From Paramecium tetraurelia (lineage: Eukaryota), in NCBI GenBank assembly GCA_000165425.1, contig CT868677.1:62001-126000 (forward strand): 64,000 nt of DNA. The letters run 5' to 3'. The position numbers were made by a program, and so were the translations under genes. The notes below the pieces were generated by a model that did no database searches, was not told the DNA's origin, and worked only from the letters and a program-made list of their open reading frames with translations. Each line of letters opens with the position of its first letter. The first letter of the stretch is position 1. Shown one piece after another: positions 29,319-42,302 of this stretch.

Positions 29319-32110
29319 ATGTTTATGATTTTATTACTAACCCTTATATCAATCGCATGTGGTAATTTTTTGGGGAAGGTAAACACAGTTGAAACAGATT
29401 ATCTCAGAGTATTCTTATTTCCTCATTCCCATGACGATGTTGGATGGGTTAGGACGTTGATGGAATATTACAAGGATTCACGAGGAGTCAAATAAATTAT
29501 TAGTTCCTATATGGAATAGCTAATACATGATAAAAGTAAGCATTTCTCTTAAGTTGAGATTGCTTTCTTCTCTATGTAATCGGAATTCATTTATAATCGA
29601 TAGTTGGTGGAATGAACAGAATGACACAATGAAAGAGTAGGTCAAAGAATTAGTAAAGAACGAACAGTTGGAGTTTTTGAGTGGAGGATGGTGTATGAAT
29701 GATGAGGCCACGTCATACTATGAGGACATAATAGATCAGATGACTCTTGGACATAAATTCTTACTACAACACTTCAATTATATTCCATCGGTCGGATGGC
29801 AAGTAGATCCATTCGGACATTCCAACACCCAAGCTCTATTCTCAAACATGATGGGATTCAATGCTTGGTTTTTTGGACGTATTGATTAAGAGGATCGTTC
29901 GATTAGAGAAAAAAAGAAAGAGTTGGAATTTGTGATCCATCCTGATTGTGATCCAGGACATTCCATATTGACACATGTCAATTATTATGGTTATTACTCA
30001 TCACCTAGAGGTTTTGACTTCGATGTTACCAATCCCAATAGGTAATAGGTTACAGATTCCAATTTGTAATCTAAAACAGAAGAACTTGCTAGATATTTCA
30101 AATAACAATAAAATTCATACAAAGGCAAAATCTTAGCTCACACTCTTGGTATGGATTTCTAATGGTCAGATGCGGCCTCCTATTTTGGATAAATGGATCG
30201 AGTCATGAATAAAGTCAATAGCGATACAGAGAAATATAAAATGGTTATTCAATATGGAACACCTAAACAATATATCTAAGCATTGTACGAATAGAACATT
30301 ACCTATCCCTCCTAAAAAGAAGACTTTTTCCCTTATGCTGATTACCCCAATCAATATTGGGCAGGCTACTTCACTAGTAGATCGGCATTTAAAGGCTATG
30401 TGAGAAGAATAGGCAGATATTTCCAACAAGTCAAATTGTTTTATTCCTTCATCAAAATTAACAATCAATGCAAATCACTTTGCGATGAAAAGAACCTCAA
30501 GGATCTGGCTGAAGCATTGGGTACTGCTTAACATCACGATGCAATCACTGGAACTGCCAAATAATATGTCAACAATGATTACGTCAAAATGATCAAAACT
30601 GCCTATCAGAATATGAACAAATAAATTAGTGCTCTACTCAACACTCTTTCAAATACTAAATCAGTAGCTCATTCTACCTGTAATTTTAATGGATCTAATG
30701 TCTGTCACTCTCTACATGATCCCTTGATCAAAAATCAAACTGTCGTACTAACTGTCATTGATGTTAAAGTTAATAATGACGGAATCAAAGAATACCTTAA
30801 GATATTGGTACCTGATAAATTGTACATCAAAGCTACTGATGAAAAAGGCACTCTACTAAATGGAGAAATTCTATGTATTAATGAACAATGCATTCTTTAT
30901 ATACCAAGAATAGTTGATAATTCTAAGCTAATTCATTATTATAAACTTCAGACTGTTGCTTCATAAGATAATACCAATATTATCACAATTGAACCTGAAA
31001 CTATCGATGTCGATAAAGATACAAAACTGTTTGACAAATTCAAACTAAATTATAATGTCTATGCTTCATCCTCAGGTGCTTATGTCTTTCGACCAGATGG
31101 ATAGTCCCGTCCATATGGAAACTACGTAAAGGCCTATAAATTTACTGGAAGTCTGGTTAAATAATACTATATTGAAAAAAGTTAAATTAAAGCATGGGTT
31201 ACTGCCTTTGATGACGATGAAAACACCTTCTATGTTGATACATTTGTGGATTCTGTTAATATGTCAGATTATAGAGGAAAGGAAGTTGTCCTACAAGTCC
31301 TTACAGATATCAATAATAATAAAGTATTTTATACGGATAGCAATGGACTGACATTACAAAGACGTCAAGTCAATCACAGAGATTCATGGTAAATGACAGT
31401 TCTTGAACCAGTCTCAGGTAATTACTTCCCTGTTAATGGTGCAATCATGATTTAGAATGAAAATGGAAATTAAGCATGTGCAGTTCTCAACGATAGAGCT
31501 TAAGGAGGAACTAGTCTTAGTAATGGCGTTCTTGAATTAATGATACAAAGACGTTTAAGTAATGATGATAATAAAGGAGTCTTTGAAAGACTTGATGAGT
31601 AAGAGGAGGTTGATAACAAAAAGGTTGGAATGAGACAAATGATGTCCCATACAATCGTATTCTACAATCCTAAATCTGAATCCAATAATCTGAGACAATT
31701 ATAATATTAACAAGATCTGAAACCATTGATGTATTTCTCTACTTAAGATTAAATCGAATATTAAAAATTGGAAAATAAATTTGAAAATTTCATTGAAAAG
31801 TAATCAGATTACAATTTATGCAAATTTTATATTGAACCATGGCTAACAGAGAATTAATATTTAGTTAGAGTGCATAATTTAAGAGAAGAAGGAATCTAAA
31901 AGCTTAAATTTCCAAGTGGTTTATAATTTAAAGAAACTACTTTAACAGGCAATCAAGAACTAAAAACTTGGGAATAAAACAGATATAGTAATATACATAT
32001 TTATTCAATTTTTAGAATGGACTGACACATATGTAAAGGAAACTTAAGAAACTTATGATGAGGATCAAGTTGGACCTATGAAGATTAGAACATGGATTGT
32101 TACAATTTGA
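29319..32110 (+). CDS. Lysosomal-type alpha-mannosidase (GH38)
   Basis: Signal peptide; PHSHDDVGW, GGWCMNDEA, GWQVDPFGHS, YWAGYFTSR, QHHDAITGT, SGAYVFRP, FYTDSNG, GNYFPVN. Confidence 0.95.
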
Positions 32111-32682
32111 AATGAATATGTATCTTATAAATTAAATAAAAAAGAAATATAAACATATGAAATATACTTCTAAATACGTACAAAATCTTTAAAATTATTT
32201 TATATATTTAGAATGATTTACACAATTGTTTAATGTTTTAATTTACGCTTATCTTGACAAATGATGAGTTTGCTAAACAAAATGTTTTTGATCTGAACTT
32301 CATATCATTACCAGTTGATATATGTGTTATCCTTCGAATCCATCTCAACTTACATATATTTTTTTTCATGAAATCAGTTAAGTATTTGAAAATCAACCAG
32401 AATTAAATCTTAATTTTCTCTCTATGATATTTTGGAAATCTCAAAATATATCCACAATTATCTATAATATTACTAAAAGATAAGCTTTAATTGACAATTT
32501 TAATAAACTAAAAATACTCAAACTAATTTTTTCAAAATATGTGTGAAACTACTTAAGTAAATCAATTTATAAACAATAGGAAACAATAATAGAGTAGATA
32601 ATAAATTTGAAAAAGGGCTTTCAATTTTTAAAATAATAATAATTTTCATTTGAAATGTAAGTTATTTAACATTATATAAATA

Positions 32683-34092
32683 ATGAGCAATTTAAATTAA
32701 AAAAATTGCGTTCATCACAATAGAGAATTAACCTATTTCTGTGAATCATGCGAAGAACCAATCTGCAAGCTTTGTACTACCCTGGGACCGCATAATTACA
32801 CTGTAAGTTAATAAGGAATGAATTTAGTTACATCGAATTAATTCATTGTAAGAGGCATTTAAGATGAGAGTTGAACATATAAAATAAGAAATATTGCATA
32901 ATATTTTACCAAAGAGAGATGAAATATTTGCTTAGATTAATAGAATTGAATATAGAATTCAGGAGATCAAATATGTGAAAAATATTATTGAGCGAGATTG
33001 CAGAGCTGAAATGAATGGAATAGAGGACCGCCTAAATTAAGCTGAATAAATGAAATAAACAATTCTACAACATTAAATATCAGTGATATAATCGTAAGTA
33101 TTCTTGTATATGGGATTTTAGAGATTTAGATGAAATGAATGACTTGGCAATTTAGTTTTTTAATTTGACAAAAAAGAATGATTACCTTGAATTTCTATTT
33201 GATAGCTAGAGTCTATTAGATAGGATTGAGTTTTTGATTGCTAAACCTTATAACAAAGGAATAGATGAGATTCCGGATGATTTACCTCGAGAATTAACTG
33301 ACTTAAGATTACTACTAGGAAAGATGGAGGGACAATAGCAAATGCTTGAGATTCTGAATGAGATAATATGGAGAATGATAAACGAAAGAAAACAAGAGGA
33401 GGAATTATCATAATAAATATTAAGAAGACACTCTGAGAATGAAATTAAAGAGTGGCAAAAGTTGGTAGAATTCTTTACTGAATAATTGAAAGAATCAGAA
33501 ATGATATGCTATTTTTGTAATGAGCCATTAAACATAAAAACAATAAATAAAAGTTGCAAGAAAAATAAGGATCATTCTCCTGAGAATTGTAAAAGTGAAT
33601 TCTATTTTAGTTGTTGGATACACAGTTGAGAAACCAACAGATTAATAGATAGGAACCAAGAGACATTTTTATGGACACGCAGTTTTGCAAGCCAAAATGC
33701 CATAATTATAGGAAGAGAAAAAGAAATTGCCTAGTGCAGTGATAATCGAGGGAATTATGTCGAAGATAAAAGTTAGAATCCAAGATAAGTAGATTAAACT
33801 ATTAGAAATCTTTTAGGAACATGATAATGATAAGAATGGTATAGAATTTCAAATAGTCATTTTAGGTTTTGTAAATGAGATCATTTTCAATTATATTATG
33901 CAAGAGCATTTACAATTGATTGATGAGGAGATTGAAAATATAGTGATGTTTATGGATTGCAAGAGTGATATTAATTACAATATACTTTTTAATATGTTGA
34001 AAAGTTCAAATTTGATTTAAAAAATGGAGGGCGATTTAGTCCAAAAATATAGGCCACCAAAGAGTAAAAAAAGAACACCATCCTAAAATTGA
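32683..34092 (+). CDS. B-box zinc finger / coiled-coil protein with EF-hand-like C-terminus
   Basis: CVHHNRELTYFCESCEEPICKLCTTLGPH; coiled coil; FQEHDNDKNG; multiple small introns. Confidence 0.85.
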
Positions 34093-34424
34093 CATTTAAG
34101 GCTATTAAATTATAATATACATTCGTTTTTATTAATTATCAATGTTGAGAATTAAATAAATGAAAGTGGAGAGGTCAACAAAATATTGTCTTTTTTATCT
34201 TCAATTGTCATGCAAAATGATTTAAATTGCATTTCCAAATGAGAGTTATAATTGACGATATCAGTATCGATTTTGAGAACATCCCAATTAATGATTTATA
34301 AATAATTGTATCATATATATAAGTATAAATACTAATAATTAAACCGATTTAGTGAAAAAAATCTTTGATTTTAGATTCATGGGTCATATTTTATTGTGAT
34401 AAATATTAAATGTAATCTTAATCT

Positions 34425-35693
34425 ATGAAATCTAATGGAAGTGTACTTCTGGATTACTTCAAGAGTCTTGGGGAGGGGGATTGGAATATCGATCTGACTC
34501 AATATTAGAAATCGGTCGATTTTAAATTAAGTTAGAAAGTGATAACATTTGGGGAAGTGCAAGAGTTTTACACATTTGAAGATCAAAAGTAAGCGTAAAG
34601 TTAAAGTAGGACTTTCTTTTAAATGCATTCACAAACCTAATGGACAGACCAAGAATGGAAAATATTGATTTGGATAGTGATATAGTATTGTACGATGCAC
34701 AAAATGAATCTTTTAAAAATGGTATGTTGGATGATGATAATTAGAACGATTGGGAGATGGTTGAGAAGTTGATTAAATTCAAAAGTAGTTTAAATTGTTA
34801 ATATAAATGGCTATGTCATGTGATCGGAAGAGAGGATAGATTGCAGTGGTGTTAGGAAGAAGAGCAGATGTTAAAAGTGGAAGTTGAAAATAGTAAGAAT
34901 TTGAAATGGCACGAAATTCAGTTTTAGATATTCACCAAATCAAATGGCCGATATTTCAAGAAAGCCAAACAATGTAGAGAGAGATGGAACAATTATTTGG
35001 ATCCCAGAATCAATAGGTATAATCAAAGAGAGGTGTTTTAATAGGAGTTATTGGAAACCGGAGGAGGATTTGTGTTTGATGAAATTAGCCCAGTCTGAAG
35101 GATTGAAATGGTCTAAGATTTCTTATAAGATGAAAAATAGAACTGAAAATTAAGTGAAAAATAGATTCAAGAGTCTAATAAACAAAGAGTCGAAAGGTTC
35201 ACAAATGTAATTAGATATGGATTAACTTATAAATAACATCATCTAAAAATTAGTTCCCTAATAATGTAATGCTAGTAGCGATTAAATGCAAGAACAAAAA
35301 CCTTAAAAAGTAATCTGTTTAGATAGGAATATTAATTATATATAATAACAATAATTTTTGATATACTAATATCAGTACTACTTGGCATAGCAGCAATATC
35401 AGATGTGTTATAATTACTATTAGGGAGAGCAATCAATCAAAAGTGAAGACTGTCACTCTGAGAAGATCTCCAGATCAAATAGCTTTTGTGGCTTATTAGA
35501 TAAGCTATCCTTAGATTCAAAGTCTCTGACCCAAGAATTAAACAAACAATATGTCTAGGAAATCGAAGTTCCAATCAATAATAATATCACAAAATCTTAG
35601 TAATAAATCGCTATTCCTGATTTCCTATCATAAAATCAAGGAAAAGTCAAATCTAACAAACAAAGATTCAAGTTTTCTTCTGGAGATTAATGA
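34425..35693 (+). CDS. Myb-domain transcription factor
   Basis: WTDQEWKIL, WCQEEEQML, KQCRERWNNYLDP, WKPEEDLCL, NRTENQVKNRF; Gln-rich tail; three introns. Confidence 0.92.
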
Positions 35694-35730
35694 TTAATTA
35701 TTAATATTTTTTATTTAGAATAAATCAAAC

Positions 35731-35832
35731 ATGTGGTTTTTCAGATCGCTCAGAGCTCTCCAATTAGGATACCCAGCTTATGTCTGTTGGATGATTAAGG
35801 GAACATAACCCAGTCATGCCCATGAAGAATGA
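35731..35832 (+). CDS. 33-aa micropeptide, putative ciliate-specific respiratory complex III small subunit (UQCRTT2-like)
   Basis: MWFFRSLRALQLGYPAYVCWMIKGTQPSHAHEE-TGA; GC-richer island between AT-rich flanks; the YPxYVCxxIK motif resembles my recollection of Tetrahymena UQCRTT2 (unverified). Confidence 0.7.
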
Positions 35833-36898
35833 AACATTTAATCATTTGCATCATTATTATAATCACCTATAATTATCACTATTATTCTAAATTCAGATTC
35901 TTAGGTTATAAGAATGAAAAAGGGTAATAAATTGGTTATAATCATTCACACTAATCAATTAATATAAATAAATGGGATAATTCATTCAATCTCTTTAATC
36001 TGATTGAAATAAGAATGGATTGAAATACTGTGAGCATTAAATAATTATTCATAGAAATAGTAACAAAATTCCTAATGCAAAAGTGGAAAAGAAAATTAGA
36101 AAATAAAGACAAATGAGAGCAATATAGTCTCTATTCTACAATAATATTATCAAAAATCCATTATTCAAATACGGGATTTTAATAATTCTTTGAGTGATAT
36201 TAATTGCCTTATTTAAGAGGTGCCAAGGTAAATAACTCAAGTAATTAATGCTGTTTGACTGAAAAGTGATAAGATTAAAGTCATATATATTTGCTAAGAG
36301 CTTTTGTTAATTAATAATATTTGATTACCAAATAAATATAGAGGGAATTATGTTTAGTGAGATAAGCCTACTATTATGTTAAGGTTTAAAAAGATGAAAA
36401 TAACTTTAGCATATATTAATCATAATTTTGTATTAAAATGTTCTAAATATCTACATTTCCAAATGATGTTATTCAAAAAATAGGCTAAGCAAATGATCTC
36501 ATACATACTATTATTAATAGTTTCTACTTCATAAATTTACCTCATTTGAGTAGACATATCTTCCAAGTCTAAATTTATGATTATGTAGGATTCTTGATAT
36601 CAATCAACTCAACATCTTCTCTAATCTGGGACACCAATTTTATAGGTTTTTATGAAAAACAAATGATTTTGATAAACTAATTATTGTTATGTAATATATA
36701 AGATTTGAAATATCATTATAAGTTGCAATCTAATTATATATACTACATAATAATACAAAAAAATATTAAGATCTAGTTAAGTTAGCTATAAAAAGGGCAT
36801 ATCATTAATAATATGTAAATATATGATTCATTTGAGTGATTAATATAAAATAATTGAATAACACTATTTAATTTAAAAATTAAAATTTTACCGTTCAC

Positions 36899-38402
36899 AT
36901 GTATGAATTGAGAAGACCATTATCTGAAAAGAATTTAGGAAGGTACATTCCAGAACAAACGAGACCAAGCTCAGCTAACTAGATGAAATAATTAACTCAA
37001 ATGAAGAGTTCGACTTAATTGAGCAAATAAAATTTTTAGTATAAGGATTAGAAGGAGAACATGGAGATTAGATCTAATTTATAAGAGACTGCAAATAAGA
37101 AGCCAAACACTAAAGAAATCTTTGAATATAGAAAATTATAAGATAAATTATCATATTTGGAGTAAAAGATCATAAATATCAAAACTCATATTGATAATAG
37201 TTAGAGGTAAACAAAGCAAGGATTAGCATCCAGGTTTTTTAATACGAAAACCAATGATTAATAATAGCAATAACAGGAAAACGTTAATAAACCAAAAGTT
37301 AGCAAGAATGATCTTGATTTGAACTCAATGCAAAATAAATTGAAATCAAGCACTTTGGTAAACGACCCAAGAATCATATCAAATGATAATCTCAATAAAA
37401 AGCCTTCCTTATCAACCTTTGTCACTTAATAGAAAACAAGCTGCGAAGCGAGTATCTAGAAAATAATCTAAATTCATCCTGAATCAGCTAAAGGAATGGC
37501 TTAGAAAATAGCATTTTCAAACAATTAGAGAGAAAGATCAACTAGGTCAGAAACTCAATTTTTATATTATATTTCATCAGTGATAAGATGCTATATGACA
37601 CCAGAAATCACAAAACCCATATAATAGGTGAGAGAGCATTTAGTTTAATCAATATCAGCTGCTTCATTTTCTAAGATGAAGAATTCCTAACAGTATGAGG
37701 AGAAGAAAGTAAATCTGCCACCTATTTCATTAAAAAAAACAATAGTGTTTGATTTAGATGAAACGTTAATTCATTGTAATGAGTCATTAAAGGTACCTGG
37801 TGATGTAATATTGCCTATAAGATTTCCGACTGGAGATGTAATTGAGGTACGATATATCATTTCGAATTAGGCATCCATTAACATTAGACCTTATGCTCAA
37901 TAGGTGTTATAGACATTGAGTAGACACTTTGAATTGATTGTATTCACAGCTTCACATTCTTGTTATGCAAATGTTGTGATTGATTATTTGGATCCAACAA
38001 AATAATGGATATCGCATCGATTCTTCAGAGAGAGTTGTGTATAGACTGAAGAGGGAGCATACGTGAAAGATCTAAGGTATTGAATGATTGTTTTTGGTTA
38101 GAGTCATTGGAAACAGACAGTTATCGGATCTGGTACTGATAGATAATGCTGCATATTCATTTTGTATGCAGCAATTAAATGGTATTCCGATCCTGAATTT
38201 CTATGATAATAAATCTGATTAAGTATGAAATATAATGGAGTATAAATAGGAATTACTTTATTTACAAAACTATTTAATGGCTATGAAGTATGCGAAGGAC
38301 GTGAGACAATTTAATTAACAATATTTAAAATTGGATAGATTTGGAGAGTTCAAGGATCCAATTTAGTTATTAGAGACATTGTTCAAAGAGTATATACCAT
38401 GA
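36899..38402 (+). CDS. SCP/CTD small phosphatase-like (FCP1/NIF domain) protein
   Basis: KKTIVFDLDETLIHC, IRPYA, VFTASHSCYA, YVKDL, LIDN; long low-complexity N-terminus. Confidence 0.93.
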
Positions 38403-38438
38403 TTTATTAAAAATTATAATTAACAGTTTATTTTGAAT

Positions 38439-39563
38439 ATGCAAAGATAACCACTCTCATAGATTGACTATAATTAAGATAATAGAGGAGCGACACCTAA
38501 AAATGCACAATTCAAAACTAACACTCTTCATAGCGATTATAAAAGCAATCAAAATTATAATGTTTAATTCAAAGTTAAACCGCAGATCTAAGAACAACAG
38601 AATTCAATAATAATGAGTCCAGCTCCTCTACGTCGGAACACAATTCAGCAACTCGTAACTTCACCATTACGAAAAAATTACAGCTAGAAACACATCGAAA
38701 TCCACTCTCCAGGATATCGAGGTATCTCACAGCAACCTAGAACCAATCATTTATTAACAGAAGTGCAATTCATAAAAGATTAGAATTAGAAATTACAACA
38801 AGATATTTTTAAATTGGAATCATAAATTTAAAGAGGCAATAGTACATAATTTATCAGAGAACTAGAAAATAAAATTATTATGTTATAAACTTTAAATGAT
38901 AAATTGAATCAAGATAATAGTTAATTGTTAAGAATTAGCGATATTAAAGGATTACGTAAAGAAAAGGAGTAATAGTAAACTGAATTATTGTAGATGCAAG
39001 AAGAATATGATGGATTGCTATAAAAATTGGAACAATTCAATTGCGAGAATCTTTAGGGTTTGGATTAATTCAATGAATATACCAAACTCCAATCCTTAGT
39101 ACAAGACCTTGAATCCAAAGTCACAGGCTTAATCTTAGAAAATGAATAATTGAATACAATTTATTCTGAATTCTCAGATTTGGATTAAGAAGTATAATAA
39201 TTGCAATTGGAACTGCAATCTTAACAAATCTAATATCAGAAATCAAAGCATGATGAAGTTCAGTATAGATACAAATACGATTCAGCTATGCATGAGGAGA
39301 AGATGCAAAAATAAAAGTTGAATTCTCAAAGAAATACTCATCTAGATAAACTTAATGATAAAGTATGATAATCTATTTAACTCTTAGATTAAGTAACTAG
39401 AAGGGGAAAATAAGAAGCTAAAGAATTTGGTTACAGATATCGATTATGATGACGAAATAAAAGAACTTGAAGATAGAGTATTTATAATTAATTAAATATT
39501 TAGATTTCAATCATAGGCTAAAATAATAGAAAATTAGAACATTAGTTATTATAATAAGAATGA
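38439..39563 (+). CDS. Coiled-coil hypothetical protein
   Basis: MQRQPLSQIDYN...; Gln/Glu-rich heptads; small introns; TGA 39561-39563. Confidence 0.7.
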
Positions 39564-39619
39564 TGATAATTTATAATTAATCATACAAATATCTCGTAAC
39601 TATTTATCTATTTCTCGTG

Positions 39620-40155
39620 AATCATCTTTTACAATTTTTGAACCAATTTCTTATTAAAGGGTTACTAAATAAATTAATTAACTTATAATTTGAAATAAAA
39701 TTTAGTAATTTAAAATGAAGGCAATTTGGAAAATTTATTGTTAAATATTTTAAATGATTCATCATTAATTCCAATATCTTACACAGATAACCATAATTTT
39801 GCACAATTTCCTTAACTCGCGCAAAGCTTTGGATACTATTACAATCGTTTTTTTCCGATTGGGGCGTAATATACATCCAAATTTACATCTTTCAAATTTA
39901 GAGGTACATAAAAGCTTGCATTAGAGCATCAATTCCTTCCCTGGTGATTTTATTATTGTAAAGTGAAATATCCATAAATGATAATCAATTCAAATTAGTA
40001 GCAGGTACACTTCATTTTCTTATGGTTTCTAATATGGAGTAAAACCGATTTAAAGATGAATTATAGTATCTTTATTTTAATGTAAGAATCTTATCTACAA
40101 TAATAATTGAGACTGAATCAAGGAGACCGTCAAAAATAGATTTATAGGAAGCCAT
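39620..40155 (-). pseudogene. Decayed RI-type LRR (RanGAP-like) remnant
   Basis: DISLYNNKITREGIDALMQAF, NLKDVNL and DIGINDESFKIF fragments split by TGA stops and frameshifts. Confidence 0.4.
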
Positions 40156-40193
40156 GTAAATAATTGTAATTTAATTAAATTATTACGCGCCTT

Positions 40194-42287
40194 ATGCAAA
40201 AAAACATTGCCTCATACTTCAAATCAAGCAAGAAAGGAGAAGATTAGAATGATTAGGTTAAGGAATAACAATTTATAGAGGAAAACCTCAAGAAGGAGAA
40301 ACTAATAGCTGAATTAAAAGTGCCTTCTACAAAATCGAAACAACTCAATCCAGAGGTGAAAGGTGCAGTTCTATTCATGGATATGGCAGAATTATATGAA
40401 CAAGTAGAGTGTACTTTCAATATCAAAGGTTGGAGAAATAAAAGGGTAGAATTCTAAGGATGCTATAAAAGAATTAGTGGCCAAATTGTTTATTAGAATC
40501 ATGAAGGAAAATAGAGAGGAATTTGTACCTGCATATTTGTTTAGCATTTTGAAATTGGGACCTGATTATGAATCATGGGAATTAGGGATTGGACAAAGGA
40601 ATCATTGTAAAATCCATCAGTGCTGTGTCTGGGAAGAGTGTATATAAAATATAACTATGAAAAGGAAAAATAAGTAAGAGACTTAATGAACACATTGGGA
40701 GATTTAGGTTTGGCGATTGAAAAATCAAAATCCACTTAAACGTAATTAAACAAGTTTTTTGTATCTCAGACTGTCAAGGAGGAAGTGAAATTAACAATGA
40801 TTTAAGTTTTTAACACTTTATAGTAATTGCAAAAATAAGAAGGCACAGGAAGTTCATTGGAGAAAGAGAGAATTCTGACCAATCTATTAAGAATGGCTAA
40901 ACCCATTGAAGCCAAATATATAATAAGATTCATAGAGAAGAATCTCAAGATTGGAGCAGCTGAAAAGACTATGTAAGCTGCTTTAGCTCGAGCATTCTAA
41001 TTGTATCACAAGGGGAATGTGGAGGGAGATTATGAAAGCATAATAAATCAAGCATTATGTGAATGTCCGAATTACAAAAAGATTATTGATACTCTATTCA
41101 GCATTTAAAGTTTAAAGGAGGTTCCTGAAGTATGTCATATTATACCAGGAGTGCCCTGTAAACCCATGTTGGCTAAGCCTATGAAATCAATATAGATGAT
41201 ATTTTAGAGATTCGAAAATATGAAATTTACATGTGAATATAAATATGATGGTTTAAGAGGTCAGATTCATTTTGAAAATGGTCAAGTGAGTATATTTTCA
41301 AGGAATCTAGAGAACATGACTCAAACATACCCAGATATTGTTACCTACATTCACACTCATTATAAGCATTTGGATGGTTTTATAATTGATTCTGAAATTG
41401 TTGCTTATGATGTTGCAAATAATAGAATCTTACCATTTCAAACTCTAACAAGTAGAGCTAAAAAGAATGTTGATTAGAATCAAATTGAAATTCAAGTTTG
41501 TTTATACATATTTGATTTACTATATTTGAATAGGCAAAGTTTTTTGAAAGAGACTTTGGAGAAAAGAAGATAGACTTTGAGAGAAACATTCAAGGAGGAG
41601 GAAGGAAAGCTGAAGTTTGCAACATCCAGAGACTCAGAAAATTTTGAAGAAATTGAAGAATTTCTGTTAAATTCAATAAAAATGGGATGTGAAGGTTTAA
41701 TGATCAAGACTTTAGAGGTCAATTCGCAATATGAACCAGCCAAAAGATCATTTAATTGGTTGAAATTAAAAAAGGATTATTTAGATAATGGATTGTCTGA
41801 TACATTTGATTTAGTACCTATTGGTGCTTGTTATGGAACAGGAAAAAGAAAGGGATTCTACGGAAGCTATTTGCTGGCCTGTTATAATGAAGATATGGAT
41901 TAATATGAAACCACTTGCAAGATTGGCACAGGATTTAGTGATGAAAATTTGGAGAAGTTCTTTTAATTCTTCCAAGAATACTTAATTCCTCATCCATTGT
42001 CAGAATATAAATGCGATGGAGTGAATATGGATGTTTGGTTTAGTCCTGTTGTTGTTTGGGAGATCAAGAGTGCTGACATCCAAATATCACCCATCTATAG
42101 TGCTTGTTCAACAATTTTATAATTAAATAATAAAGGAGTGGGATTGAGATTTCCAAGATTGATTAAAGTGCGAGAAGACAAGAAGCCTAATGAAGCCACT
42201 AGTTCATAATTTTTATATGATGTATATAAATAATAGGCTGTTGTGGCCAGCAATAATACATTTGAGTAGGATGATGATTTTTATTGA
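40194..42287 (+). CDS. LIG1: DNA ligase I (apparent +1 frameshift at 40595-40597)
   Basis: N-terminal PIP box [62 protein letters not shown]. Confidence 0.95.
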
Positions 42288-42302
42288 TTTTTAAGTTTGG
42301 TA

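Noticed and set aside
39754..40252. Long plus-strand frame upstream of LIG1 as an N-terminal extension
   Set aside because: It is antisense to the LRR remnant, out of frame with LIG1, and LIG1 begins with its PIP box at 40194
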